DNA from: Escherichia coli
Lineage (GTDB): Bacteria > Pseudomonadota > Gammaproteobacteria > Enterobacterales > Enterobacteriaceae
Assembly (NCBI RefSeq): GCF_041886205.1
Contig: NZ_CP169029.1
DNA: 64,000 bases
Direction: 5' to 3' (one strand)
Numbering within the stretch: position 1 is the first letter of the stretch; each line of letters starts with the position of its first letter. A model generated the notes under the pieces. It did no database searches. It was not told where the DNA came from and saw nothing but the letters and a program-made list of their open reading frames with translations. Position numbers and translations under genes: made by a program. Below are positions 41,830-51,088 of this stretch, piece after piece.

Positions 41830-42071
41830 CGCGATCTCTCTTAAATAAAAATAAACGTCGCAGATAATAAAGCTCTGATTAAACCAGGCACTATCAGAAA
41901 TCGCTCATAACTAACGTGTGAAGTATTGTGTACTGGAGGGCGTTAATTTAACAATTTAAATTTACGTTATAGGTTTTACTGCTACTTTGATATTATTTCG
42001 CTCTCCTTAACTAAAAAGTTAAGTGGAGAGCGAAGTTAATATGTTAAACCACAGGGTATTTATTAATTTTT

Positions 42072-43121
42072 TCAGTCTGTTAGTGTGCGATTATCGATAA
42101 CAAAACGATATTTCACATCACCGCGCAGCATTCGCTCATAGGCTTCATTAATTTGATCGGCCCGAATCATCTCTATATCAGCCACGATGCCATGTTCGGC
42201 GCAAAAATCGAGCATCTCCTGAGTTTCTGGAATGCCGCCAATCATAGAACCGGCTATCGCACGGCGTTTCATGATCAGGTTGAAAACTTCCGGCGATTTA
42301 TGCGGTGTCGCAGGCGCACCAACCAGCGTCATGGTGCCATCACGCTTCAGCAAGGTGGTAAAATCGTCGAGATTATGTGGCGCAGCTACTGTATTCAAAA
42401 TGAAATCGAAACTCTTCAGATGAGCCGCCATCTCATCGGCATTGCGTGAGTTAACAACTTCATCGGCCCCCAGGGCTTTTGCCGCTTCGCGTTTTGCCTC
42501 AGAAGTGGTAAATGCCACCACATGTGCCCCCATCGCGTGGGCCAGCTTAATCCCCATATGTCCCAGACCGCCGATGCCGACCACGCCCACTTTTTTACCC
42601 GGCCCGGCCTGCCAGTGACGTAGCGGCGAATACGTGGTGATCCCTGCACACAACAAAGGAGCCACCGCCGCCAGCTGCTCTTGCGGGTGACGAATACGCA
42701 GAACATATCGCTCATGAACGACGATCTGTTGTGAGTAGCCGCCCAGAGTATGGCCCGGTTCGTCCGGCGTCGGCGAGTTATAGGTGCCGGTCATGTGATC
42801 ACAGTAGTTTTCCAACCCGTCTTCACACTCTTCGCAATGTTTACAACTGTCGACAATGCAGCCGACACCGACCAGATCGCCCGGCGCATATTTTTCTACC
42901 TGATCACCAACGGCTACCACACGCCCCACAATTTCATGACCCGGCACGCAGGGGTAAACCGTCCCCGCCCACTCGGAACGGACCTGGTGGAGATCGGAAT
43001 GGCAAACGCCACAGTAAGCGATTTCGATTTTGACATCATTCGGTCCCGGTTCACGCCGGGTGATATCCATCGGTTCAAGTGGTTGTTTAGCGGAATATGC
43101 ACCAACAGCTTTGATCTTCAT
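42072..43121 (-). CDS. yahK: NADPH-dependent aldehyde reductase (Zn-ADH, cinnamyl-alcohol dehydrogenase family)
   Basis: 349 aa; GVCHSDLH and GHEIVGRV zinc motifs, GVVGIGGLGHMG Rossmann. Confidence 0.92.
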   Translation of the reverse strand: MKIKAVGAYSAKQPLEPMDITRREPGPNDVKIEIAYCGVCHSDLHQVRSEWAGTVYPCVPGHEIVGRVVAVGDQVEKYAPGDLVGVGCIVDSCKHCEECEDGLENYCDHMTGTYNSPTPDEPGHTLGGYSQQIVVHERYVLRIRHPQEQLAAVAPLLCAGITTYSPLRHWQAGPGKKVGVVGIGGLGHMGIKLAHAMGAHVVAFTTSEAKREAAKALGADEVVNSRNADEMAAHLKSFDFILNTVAAPHNLDDFTTLLKRDGTMTLVGAPATPHKSPEVFNLIMKRRAIAGSMIGGIPETQEMLDFCAEHGIVADIEMIRADQINEAYERMLRGDVKYRFVIDNRTLTD

Positions 43122-43207
43122 TGTGTTTACTCCTGATTAGCTATGTGTATTTGGCAACGCCTGATATGTCATCGCGGCAAAACGCGTCCATTGAATATAG
43201 CCAATAT

Positions 43208-44164
43208 TTAAACCACCCGATCCAGCCCCAACATGCCGCGAGCCTGAATGAAACAGAGCAGCAACGTTCCCCATAAGGCCATCGTCAGGTAGGGGCTTAT
43301 ACCGAGAATATTGAAGCCGCTTTCAATAATTTGCAGAAGAAACAGCGCCAGCACCATACCAATTATCCGCCCGCTGCCGCCGTCCGGATTAACCCCGCCG
43401 AGTACTGCCGCGAGGATTGACACCAGCAAGTACGATTCGCCATAAGAGGCCTTAGCCGAGTTGAGTTTCGACATCATCAAAAATGCCGCTACCGCACAAA
43501 GCAAGGCGGAAATGACATAAACCCAAATCAGCACCCGACGAGTGTTAATGCCGGAGTAAAGTGTTGCTCGTTCGTTAGACCCAATCAGGTAAATGGCTTT
43601 ACCGAGCGGCGTTTTCTCCAGCAATATCCACAGCCCCAGTGCCACTGCGGCAAACAACCACATCGGTAGCGGAATACCGAACCATTGCGCATGATTCAAC
43701 CACAGCACCCATGAGGGATAATTGGCAATGGCGCTACCACCTGTCACCAGAATATTTATCCCTTTGAGCAACGTCATCATCCCAAGCGTTGCAAGAATTG
43801 GCGACACTCGAATACCAGCAATCAATACGCCGTTACATAAACCGATTATCACCGCCGCGCCAGCGCCCGCCAGTAACGTAGCGACAACCGTAGCAATACC
43901 CGGTGGATACTGAGTCGCCACCCACGCCATCACCAGTGAACAGGCGTTAGCAGTGGCTATAATTGACAAGTTAATGCCACCGCAAAGCATGGTCACCGCC
44001 ATAGCCAACGCCAGAATGCCCAGCACGGGCATTTGCGAAGCGACGGACTGGAAATTACTTATCGACCAGAAAATCTCCGGCATAGTAATGCTGAACGCGG
44101 CAACAGTTAGCACCAGCAGGCCGATCAAGTAAAACTCAACGTTATTACGCCACGATTTTTTCAT
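43208..44164 (-). CDS. Sugar ABC transporter permease (CUT2, RbsC/LsrD-like)
   Basis: Polytopic membrane protein; start at MKKSWRNN overlaps the upstream permease stop by 4 bp; ORF open to 44194. Confidence 0.85.
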   Translation of the reverse strand: MKKSWRNNVEFYLIGLLVLTVAAFSITMPEIFWSISNFQSVASQMPVLGILALAMAVTMLCGGINLSIIATANACSLVMAWVATQYPPGIATVVATLLAGAGAAVIIGLCNGVLIAGIRVSPILATLGMMTLLKGINILVTGGSAIANYPSWVLWLNHAQWFGIPLPMWLFAAVALGLWILLEKTPLGKAIYLIGSNERATLYSGINTRRVLIWVYVISALLCAVAAFLMMSKLNSAKASYGESYLLVSILAAVLGGVNPDGGSGRIIGMVLALFLLQIIESGFNILGISPYLTMALWGTLLLCFIQARGMLGLDRVV

Positions 44165-45132
44165 AGCAGACTCCGGTTCTGATGCTGACTCCACGCCGTG
44201 GCACTAATGCTGGCAACGATGATGATGCCGGTGATCAATGTTTGCCAGTAAGACGAGACTCCCAATAAATTTAGCCCGTTTTGCATCACTGCCAACAACA
44301 CCACGCCGAGCAAAGTACCGGTTAACGTGCCGCGCCCGCCGAGCAAACTAGTGCCGCCAAGCACCACCGCAGCCAGTACTGTCAGCTCATAACCCAGAAG
44401 AGAATCGGGGGCGACAGTCATCACCGTCCACGACTGCACTACACCCGCAGCGCCAGACATCAATCCCATATAGCCATAGACGAAAAGTTGCAGTTTCAGC
44501 ACGCTAAAGCCGATGCGACTGGCTGATTCGCGGTTCCCGCCAAGGGCATAAATTTTGCGCCCTACACTGGTGAAATTCATGATAAACGCTGTTAGCAGCA
44601 CCACCGTAATCATGGCGATCAGCGGCAGACCAAGGCCATAGTCATAGCCATCAGCATCGGTATACTTGAACAACATAACCCCCTGCTCAAACCACGGCGG
44701 AAAGTCGTACAGCCACACACCTTTACTCAACCATAACAGCAGGCCATAGAAAATATTCAGCGTCGAGATAGTGATGATGATAGAAGGCACCCGTAGGCGA
44801 TTAACCAGTAAGGCGTTAATTAAGCCAAGTAAAATGCCGATGCAGCCCGCCAGTGCAAACGCGACAGCGAAGTTGCCACCAATTTTTTGCAGCAACAGCA
44901 CCATGCCGTATTGCGCAATGATGGTCATTGCTGGAAACGAAATATCAATTCCACCGGAAATCAACACCACAAACAAACCACAGGCGAGAATAGTCAACAT
45001 GGCATAGTTATTGGCGAGATCGTACAAATTACCGAATGTCAGAAACTCGTCGCTGCGCCAGGCAAGGCCAACAAACATCACCACAATCAGTAATGCCAGC
45101 CAGAATTCATGGCGTTTTTTCAGTTCAGCCAT
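44161..45132 (-). CDS. Sugar ABC transporter permease (CUT2, RbsC/LsrC-like)
   Basis: 323 aa polytopic membrane protein; MAELKKRHEFWLALLIVVMFVGLAW. Confidence 0.85.
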   Translation of the reverse strand: MAELKKRHEFWLALLIVVMFVGLAWRSDEFLTFGNLYDLANNYAMLTILACGLFVVLISGGIDISFPAMTIIAQYGMVLLLQKIGGNFAVAFALAGCIGILLGLINALLVNRLRVPSIIITISTLNIFYGLLLWLSKGVWLYDFPPWFEQGVMLFKYTDADGYDYGLGLPLIAMITVVLLTAFIMNFTSVGRKIYALGGNRESASRIGFSVLKLQLFVYGYMGLMSGAAGVVQSWTVMTVAPDSLLGYELTVLAAVVLGGTSLLGGRGTLTGTLLGVVLLAVMQNGLNLLGVSSYWQTLITGIIIVASISATAWSQHQNRSLL

Positions 45133-46609
45133 TTACCACCTCCGCAATCCTGGCCTGAGAACTGCTGTCAGGCAGGAAGCTATGGGTGATCTGACCTTTT
45201 TGCATTACCAAAATCCGGTGGCTTTGATACCACGCTTCTTCAATTTCATCGCAGATCATCAATACCGCAATGCCATGAGCCGCCAGATCGCTGATAATGC
45301 CGTATATTCCTGCTTTGTTGGCGATATCAACACCGACTGTCGGGCTATCGAGAATCAACAGTCGTGGCCCAATCGCCAGCCATTTGGCGATCGATACTCG
45401 CTGCGCGTTACCACCAGAAAGCGTATTCACCGGAAGATGAGGATCAGAGACTTTGATGGTCAATGCCTTGATTAGCCTGTCCACCAGGTCACGCACTTTA
45501 GTTTCACTCAGAAAGCCGAAGCGATCTTTTACCTTGTGAAAAACAGTGCTAATGATGTTGTCTTCAATAGATTGCGCCATCACCAAACCGCGCGACATGC
45601 GATCTTCCGAAACATAACCAATACCGTGGCGGATGGCGTCCTGGTTACTATGCAGTGTAACCGGCTGGCCGTTGATGAGGATCTCGCCAGCATCCGGTCG
45701 GGTCATACCAAACAGACTCAGACATAATTCCGTGCGCCCCGCACCAAGCAGGCCAACAATCGATACCACTTCGCCCGCTTCCACCCGCAAGTTAATATTT
45801 AGATATTCCCCATGACGACTTAAATTACGCACCTCCAGCACCGGGGTGCTGGATTTTCCCTGCCACAACTCTCGCACCTGATATTCAAACTCCTGGCCGG
45901 TCATCAGGAAACCGAGTTGTTTTGTGGTCATCTCTGCAGCCGGAAAAGTCCCGACCAGCTCACCATCTTTCAGCACTGAAATACGGTCGGAAACTTCCAT
46001 CACTTCTTCCAGACGATGACTGACGAAGACCACGCAGATCCCGCGTTCACGCAATTGATGCACCACCTGTAATAACCCTTGCACTTCCTGATGGGTCAGC
46101 GAAGCGGTTGGTTCATCCATCACGATCAACCGTGCGTCCTGCGCCAGTGCACGGCAAATTGCCACCAGCTGACAGCGGGCAATTGAAAGCTCAGAAACGA
46201 GCGTATCCAGTGGCAATGTGACGTTAATACTAGTCATTGCCGCCTGCGCCACCTCACGCAGACGACGGCGGTTAACAAACAGACCGTGGTGATAGTGATT
46301 CACGGCGATATTCTCCCAGACACTCAGGTTAGGAAATAAAGAGAGGTCCTGATAAATCACCTGAATCCCCTGCGCCACCGAAGCGGCTGGTGTCAGCTTT
46401 GACCAGTTTTTCCCACCAAGCGTAATTTCCGCTCCCTCATCCGGGCGATAAACACCGGACATAATTTTAATCAACGTCGATTTACCACAGCCGTTTTGTC
46501 CGGCAAGGCAGTGCACTTCACCCGACATAAAGTCGAGAGAAACATCGCGCAGCGCTCGCGTGGCATGAAACGTTTTGTTGATATGACGAAGGGAAAGGAA
46601 GGTTTCCAT
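45125..46609 (-). CDS. Sugar ABC transporter ATP-binding protein, two fused NBDs (RbsA/LsrA-like)
   Basis: Walker A GQNGCGKST and second-domain GLLGAGRTE; signature LSGGNAQRV; start may be at 46624. Confidence 0.9.
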   Translation of the reverse strand: METFLSLRHINKTFHATRALRDVSLDFMSGEVHCLAGQNGCGKSTLIKIMSGVYRPDEGAEITLGGKNWSKLTPAASVAQGIQVIYQDLSLFPNLSVWENIAVNHYHHGLFVNRRRLREVAQAAMTSINVTLPLDTLVSELSIARCQLVAICRALAQDARLIVMDEPTASLTHQEVQGLLQVVHQLRERGICVVFVSHRLEEVMEVSDRISVLKDGELVGTFPAAEMTTKQLGFLMTGQEFEYQVRELWQGKSSTPVLEVRNLSRHGEYLNINLRVEAGEVVSIVGLLGAGRTELCLSLFGMTRPDAGEILINGQPVTLHSNQDAIRHGIGYVSEDRMSRGLVMAQSIEDNIISTVFHKVKDRFGFLSETKVRDLVDRLIKALTIKVSDPHLPVNTLSGGNAQRVSIAKWLAIGPRLLILDSPTVGVDIANKAGIYGIISDLAAHGIAVLMICDEIEEAWYQSHRILVMQKGQITHSFLPDSSSQARIAEVVNG

Positions 46610-46657
46610 AACATCCCCTGGCAATAAGAATCGGGGCTTTCGCCCCGAAGAAATGGA

Positions 46658-47644
46658 TTAATAAAGTGAGTCGATATTGTCTTTGTTGACCAGTAATACC
46701 TTATGGAAACGGATAATTCGCTTATCCATATCTACGTCGGCCTTACCCAGATTCTGCATTTCTAATCCAGGTTTGATCTCTTCACCCTTCAGCAACGTGC
46801 TGGCGACGGCTGCGAGTGCGTAACCTGCAGAGGCCGGATCGTAAGTAATCCCTTCGGTGATATCACCACTTTTAATCAGTGATGCCGCCTGTGAAGGGAT
46901 CATCATGCCATAGACTGCGACTTTATTTTTCGCCCGTTTCTCTTTCACCGCACGTCCCGCGCCAATCGGACCGTTTGAACCAAAGGAGACAACCGCTTTC
47001 AAGTCAGGATAGGTTTTCATCAGGTCCAGTGTGGTACGACGTGAGTCATCCACACTCTCGGCAACCGGCATGCGGCGGGTAACTTCATGCATATCCGGGT
47101 AATGCTCTTTCTGGTATTTCACCAGCAAGTCAGCCCATAAGTTATGCTGCGGCACGGTCAAACTACCCACGTAAATCACATAGCCGCCCTTGCCCCCCAT
47201 GCGTTTCGCCATATGCTCAACATATTCAGCGGCAAATTTTTCGTTATCAATGATTTCGATATCCCAGTTAGCACTTGGCTGACCGGGGGATTCGTTGGTC
47301 AGAACCACAATTCCGGCATCTCGCGCTTTTTTGAATACCGGTTCCAGCACGTTGGCATCGTTTGGCACGATAGTAATTGCATTAACCTTACGGGCGATTA
47401 AATCCTCAATAATTTTAACTTGTTGCGGAGCATCAGTACTTGAAGGCCCCACCTGTGAGGCATTAACACCAAAGGCTTTACCCGCCTCAACCACACCTTC
47501 GCCCATGCGATTAAACCACGGCATACCATCGACTTTAGAAATATTCACCACGATTTTTTCCGCTGCCTGGAGCGGCGCAGAAATTAGCGCAGCGCCTAAT
47601 AACAGCGAAGACACCATATTGATAACAAAACGTTTATTCATCAT
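46658..47644 (-). CDS. Periplasmic sugar-binding protein (type I PBP, LsrB/RbsB-like)
   Basis: 328 aa with signal peptide MMNKRFVINMVSSLLLGAALISAPLQA; C-terminus RIIRFHKVLLVNKDNIDSLY resembles LsrB. Confidence 0.85.
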   Translation of the reverse strand: MMNKRFVINMVSSLLLGAALISAPLQAAEKIVVNISKVDGMPWFNRMGEGVVEAGKAFGVNASQVGPSSTDAPQQVKIIEDLIARKVNAITIVPNDANVLEPVFKKARDAGIVVLTNESPGQPSANWDIEIIDNEKFAAEYVEHMAKRMGGKGGYVIYVGSLTVPQHNLWADLLVKYQKEHYPDMHEVTRRMPVAESVDDSRRTTLDLMKTYPDLKAVVSFGSNGPIGAGRAVKEKRAKNKVAVYGMMIPSQAASLIKSGDITEGITYDPASAGYALAAVASTLLKGEEIKPGLEMQNLGKADVDMDKRIIRFHKVLLVNKDNIDSLY

Positions 47645-47877
47645 TTCAGCCTCATTGCAGGGTAGTCAGGAAGTGTTCGCCCAAATTAGCGCGCTGGAGA
47701 GAATAAGAATTTTCGAATATTTTTATGCAGAATAAACAGCTCTATTTCAGGCAGCTATTAAAAATATGGTTATAAATATGGACAAAACGGGCAGCAATAA
47801 TAAGTGTGACATTCATCACGTAAAAAACAGCAAAATAAACAAAATTAGCGATATTTTATGTTTGTGAGCTTATTTCG

Positions 47878-47899
47878 TGTAGATAAATAGTTATCTACA
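47878..47899. promoter_or_regulatory. Perfect palindrome TGTAGATAA-ATAG-TTATCTACA
   Basis: 9 bp perfect arms at the 3' end of the ASCH gene, about 235 bp upstream of the ABC operon start. Confidence 0.4.
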
Positions 47900-48305
47900 C
47901 AACGTCAATAAGGGCATATTCTTCAAAGATAACGTCCATTTCTGGTGAATAGCTTCCTTCTGCCTGGAAAAAACGACGGTGTTCATTACGCCAATATTCA
48001 AGACTGAGGTCACCTTCACCTTCCTTACGGGCAAGCTCCGCGGTGACATCAGAAAAGCGCAGTAAATGCAGGCCAATCACTCTGATAACACATACAGGCT
48101 CACCACAGCTATTTTCTACAATCTTATACTCACCAATCATCGGAAATGCGTTGTCTTCAATACATCCCGCCAGCGAACCACAGGAAGCTGTTTTAACACC
48201 AGTCGCAATCAACGTTGCGAGGTGATCGGCCAACGCGGCTGAATCGCCAAAAGTACAAAAGGAAGCATGGGGATATTTTTGTGAGAATTTTTCTTTTATG
48301 GTCAT
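47895..48305 (-). CDS. ASCH-domain (PUA-like) protein, possible small amidohydrolase
   Basis: 136 aa from MTIKEKF; ASFCTFGD and GVKTASCGSL resemble ASCH-domain proteins such as YqfB; ORF open to 48335. Confidence 0.55.
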   Translation of the reverse strand: MTIKEKFSQKYPHASFCTFGDSAALADHLATLIATGVKTASCGSLAGCIEDNAFPMIGEYKIVENSCGEPVCVIRVIGLHLLRFSDVTAELARKEGEGDLSLEYWRNEHRRFFQAEGSYSPEMDVIFEEYALIDVV

Positions 48306-48603
48306 GGAAATATTTTTGCGATTACGGAAAAACAAATCACATCTTAATTACTGTTGGTAACCATCAGCAAGAGTATCATTGGTTTTTCGATACTGAATCT
48401 TTTTTATCCGAAGCAGGTCACATTTATGGCCTGATAAATACCTTTGTTAAAACTCACTTTTGTGTATTTCTCTCAAATAATCCCCTGGAAATTATGCCGG
48501 GAGATTATAAAGTTCAGGATCATTCATTAGCAAACCATTCCCGCCCCACTCCCTGGGGCTTAAATCTCTTACCGTTCACCGTTGCAGACATATCAAATGC
48601 GCA

Positions 48604-49986
48604 TCAACCTGCCACACTCCCCCACACCAGTTGCCCTTTATGGAACGTTGCGGTTCTCGGCGAGATACGCGCCACCGCCTCGGCGGAACAGGAGGCGTCC
48701 ACCAGCACAAAGCTGGCGTCATCCTGCGCTTTTGGCCATACACGCTCGCCTTTTTCATTCAGCGGCAATACATCGCCAGTGGCTAAAAACAGCGAACGGG
48801 AGAGGTTCTGTTCGTTAGGACGAATATAGAGCTGCGCGTAGAGATTGGCTTTTTCCAGCATGCCGCCCAGACCATAAGGCGACCAGTGGTCGATAACGCT
48901 GTCAGTGCCAGTCATCACTTTTACGCCTTTGTCGTGCAGCTGTTTGAGCGGCATATGCAGCGTGCCAATCGGCACCGTCGAGGCGATAGAAATTTGCTGC
49001 GCCGCCATCCGGTGCGCCAGCGCATCGACCTGTTGTTCGTTGAGCGTTGCCAGCGCAAAGGCGTGGCTGATGGTCAGCTTACCTTTCAGTTGTGGCGTTT
49101 TCTCCACTGTTTCAACCATATAATTGATGGCCGCCACGCCCGCCGGAGTGGTTTCGTGCAGGTGAATATCGACGCCTTTGTCGTAGTCCAGCGCAATCTG
49201 AAACATGGTGTCGAGGGATTTTTCCATCGCGCCATCGACACTGGTCGGGTCCAGACCGCCGACGTAATGCGCGCCCGCCTGCATTGCTTCACGCATTAAG
49301 GGTTCCGATTTCGACAGCAGCAAACCGTGCTGCGGGAAGGCGACGATTTCACACTCGAAGCCCGCCTGACGCCGCGCCAGCACCGCCTGCAAATTTTGCA
49401 GATTTTTCAGGCCGGAAACCGGTTCGATATTGCAGTGGCTGCGGGCAATGGTGGTGCCTTTCGACTGCAATAGTTCGATCAGTTTTTCCGCCCGCTCCTG
49501 CGTGTACGGTTGTAACTCCGGCAGCATTTTCTGCTCGAGTTTGATCATGTCCTGGATGGTGGTGCCTGCCGGGCGATTGAGCGAGCGCCACGGCCCGCCG
49601 TAGAAGGTTTTGTCGAGATGAATATGCATGTCGCGAGTGGTGGGCAGCATCAGCTTACCGCCAGCATCATAGTGCGGTAGCGTGGCGTCCGGATGCTGCT
49701 TGTTCTCGCGCAGAGCAACAATTTTGCCGCTCTGAATCTCTACGGTCTGGTGCGCCGTGCGGGTCTGTACCGCCACACCGTTTTCGTAATCAAATCCGGT
49801 TTCCAGCAGCACGTTGTCGAGATAGTAGTGCGGGTCAGTGATTTTCATGGTGTTATTTGCCTCGCAGTGGGTTGTGCCAGAGACTGCCGCATGGGCGAGC
49901 GGCACAGAGGTACCAAACAGCGCGGCGGCAGTGACCATCTTACCGCTCTGGCTCAGAAACTCACGGCGGCTATTGTTTTCTTTCAT
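48604..49986 (-). CDS. yahJ: Tat-exported metal-dependent amidohydrolase/deaminase
   Basis: 460 aa; twin-arginine signal NSRREFLSQSGKMVTAAALFGTSVPLAHA; HIHLD metal-binding motif. Confidence 0.9.
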   Translation of the reverse strand: MKENNSRREFLSQSGKMVTAAALFGTSVPLAHAAVSGTTHCEANNTMKITDPHYYLDNVLLETGFDYENGVAVQTRTAHQTVEIQSGKIVALRENKQHPDATLPHYDAGGKLMLPTTRDMHIHLDKTFYGGPWRSLNRPAGTTIQDMIKLEQKMLPELQPYTQERAEKLIELLQSKGTTIARSHCNIEPVSGLKNLQNLQAVLARRQAGFECEIVAFPQHGLLLSKSEPLMREAMQAGAHYVGGLDPTSVDGAMEKSLDTMFQIALDYDKGVDIHLHETTPAGVAAINYMVETVEKTPQLKGKLTISHAFALATLNEQQVDALAHRMAAQQISIASTVPIGTLHMPLKQLHDKGVKVMTGTDSVIDHWSPYGLGGMLEKANLYAQLYIRPNEQNLSRSLFLATGDVLPLNEKGERVWPKAQDDASFVLVDASCSAEAVARISPRTATFHKGQLVWGSVAG

Positions 49987-49995
49987 CTTACGTCC

Positions 49996-50946
49996 TTACG
50001 TTTTAATAATATGAGTGCCCGTTTCGCCACGCAGCGCCGCTGGCAGGCATTCCGGCGTGGTGATAATCACTTCTTTACCGCCCTGTTCCAGGAACGTCAG
50101 GCTGGCGATGATTTTTGGCAACATGCTGCCGGGCGGGAAATGTCCTTCCTGCATATAGCGAGTCATGGTGGCAATATCCACCCGATCCAGCGCCTGCTGC
50201 TCGAGTTTGCCAAAGTGAATACACACTTTTTCGACGCCGGTGGTGATCACCAGAATGTCGGCGTGAATTTCACGGGCCAGCAGCGCGGTAGAGAGATCTT
50301 TGTCGATAACCGCGTCCACGCTTTGGTAATCCCCCGCTTCAGTACGCACTACCGGAATTCCGCCGCCGCCCGCGCCAATTACGACAAAACCTTGTTGGAT
50401 CAGCGCCTTAATGGCAGGTGCCTCGACAATACGTTTCGGTTCCGGCGAGGCGACCACGCGGCGATAGCCCCGCCCGGCATCTTCAACAAAACACCAGTCA
50501 GGGTTTGCCTTTTGTAGTTCGTCACGCTGACTTTCACTAAAGAATGCGCCGATGGGCTTGGTGGGATGAGCAAAACCCGGATCGTTTATATCCACTTCCA
50601 CCTGAGTCACCACGGTGACGGCTTTTTTCTCGCCGTGACGCGCCAGTCGGTTGTTCAGCGCCTGTTGGATCAGATAGCCAATGCCGCCTTGCGTATCCGC
50701 TACACAGTTCGCCAGCGGCGTTAATGGCAGCCCTTCGCGCTCGTGGGCAATCTCCGCACGGCGTAAATCCAGCCCGACCTGCGGCCCGTTGCCGTGGGTC
50801 AGCACAATGTCGTAATCGGAAGCCAGCATTTCCAGCAGCGTATCGGCGACGGCTTTCACCGCCTCCGCCTGATGCTCAATCGACTGGCTGGCGTTATTTT
50901 TGATAATGCTGTTGCCACCAATGGCAACGACCACAAGCTCTTTCAT
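49996..50946 (-). CDS. yahI: Carbamate kinase-like protein
   Basis: 316 aa; MKELVVVAIGGNSI amino-acid-kinase N-terminus. Confidence 0.9.
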   Translation of the reverse strand: MKELVVVAIGGNSIIKNNASQSIEHQAEAVKAVADTLLEMLASDYDIVLTHGNGPQVGLDLRRAEIAHEREGLPLTPLANCVADTQGGIGYLIQQALNNRLARHGEKKAVTVVTQVEVDINDPGFAHPTKPIGAFFSESQRDELQKANPDWCFVEDAGRGYRRVVASPEPKRIVEAPAIKALIQQGFVVIGAGGGGIPVVRTEAGDYQSVDAVIDKDLSTALLAREIHADILVITTGVEKVCIHFGKLEQQALDRVDIATMTRYMQEGHFPPGSMLPKIIASLTFLEQGGKEVIITTPECLPAALRGETGTHIIKT

Positions 50947-50994
50947 GTTGTTATGTCCGCTACAGAGGGTGATGAGGTTATGACCAACGCCAGA

Positions 50995-51078
50995 CTGCCT
51001 GATGCGCTACGCTTATCAGGCCTACAATTCTCGGGCCATTCGTAGGCCGGATAAGGCGTTCACGCCGCATCCGGCATA
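50995..51078. repeat. REP cluster between yahI and yahG
   Basis: TGCCTGATGCGCTACGCTTATCAGGCCTACA ... GTAGGCCGGATAAGGCGTTCACGCCGCATCCGGCA. Confidence 0.85.
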
Positions 51079-51088
51079 AACATGTAAG

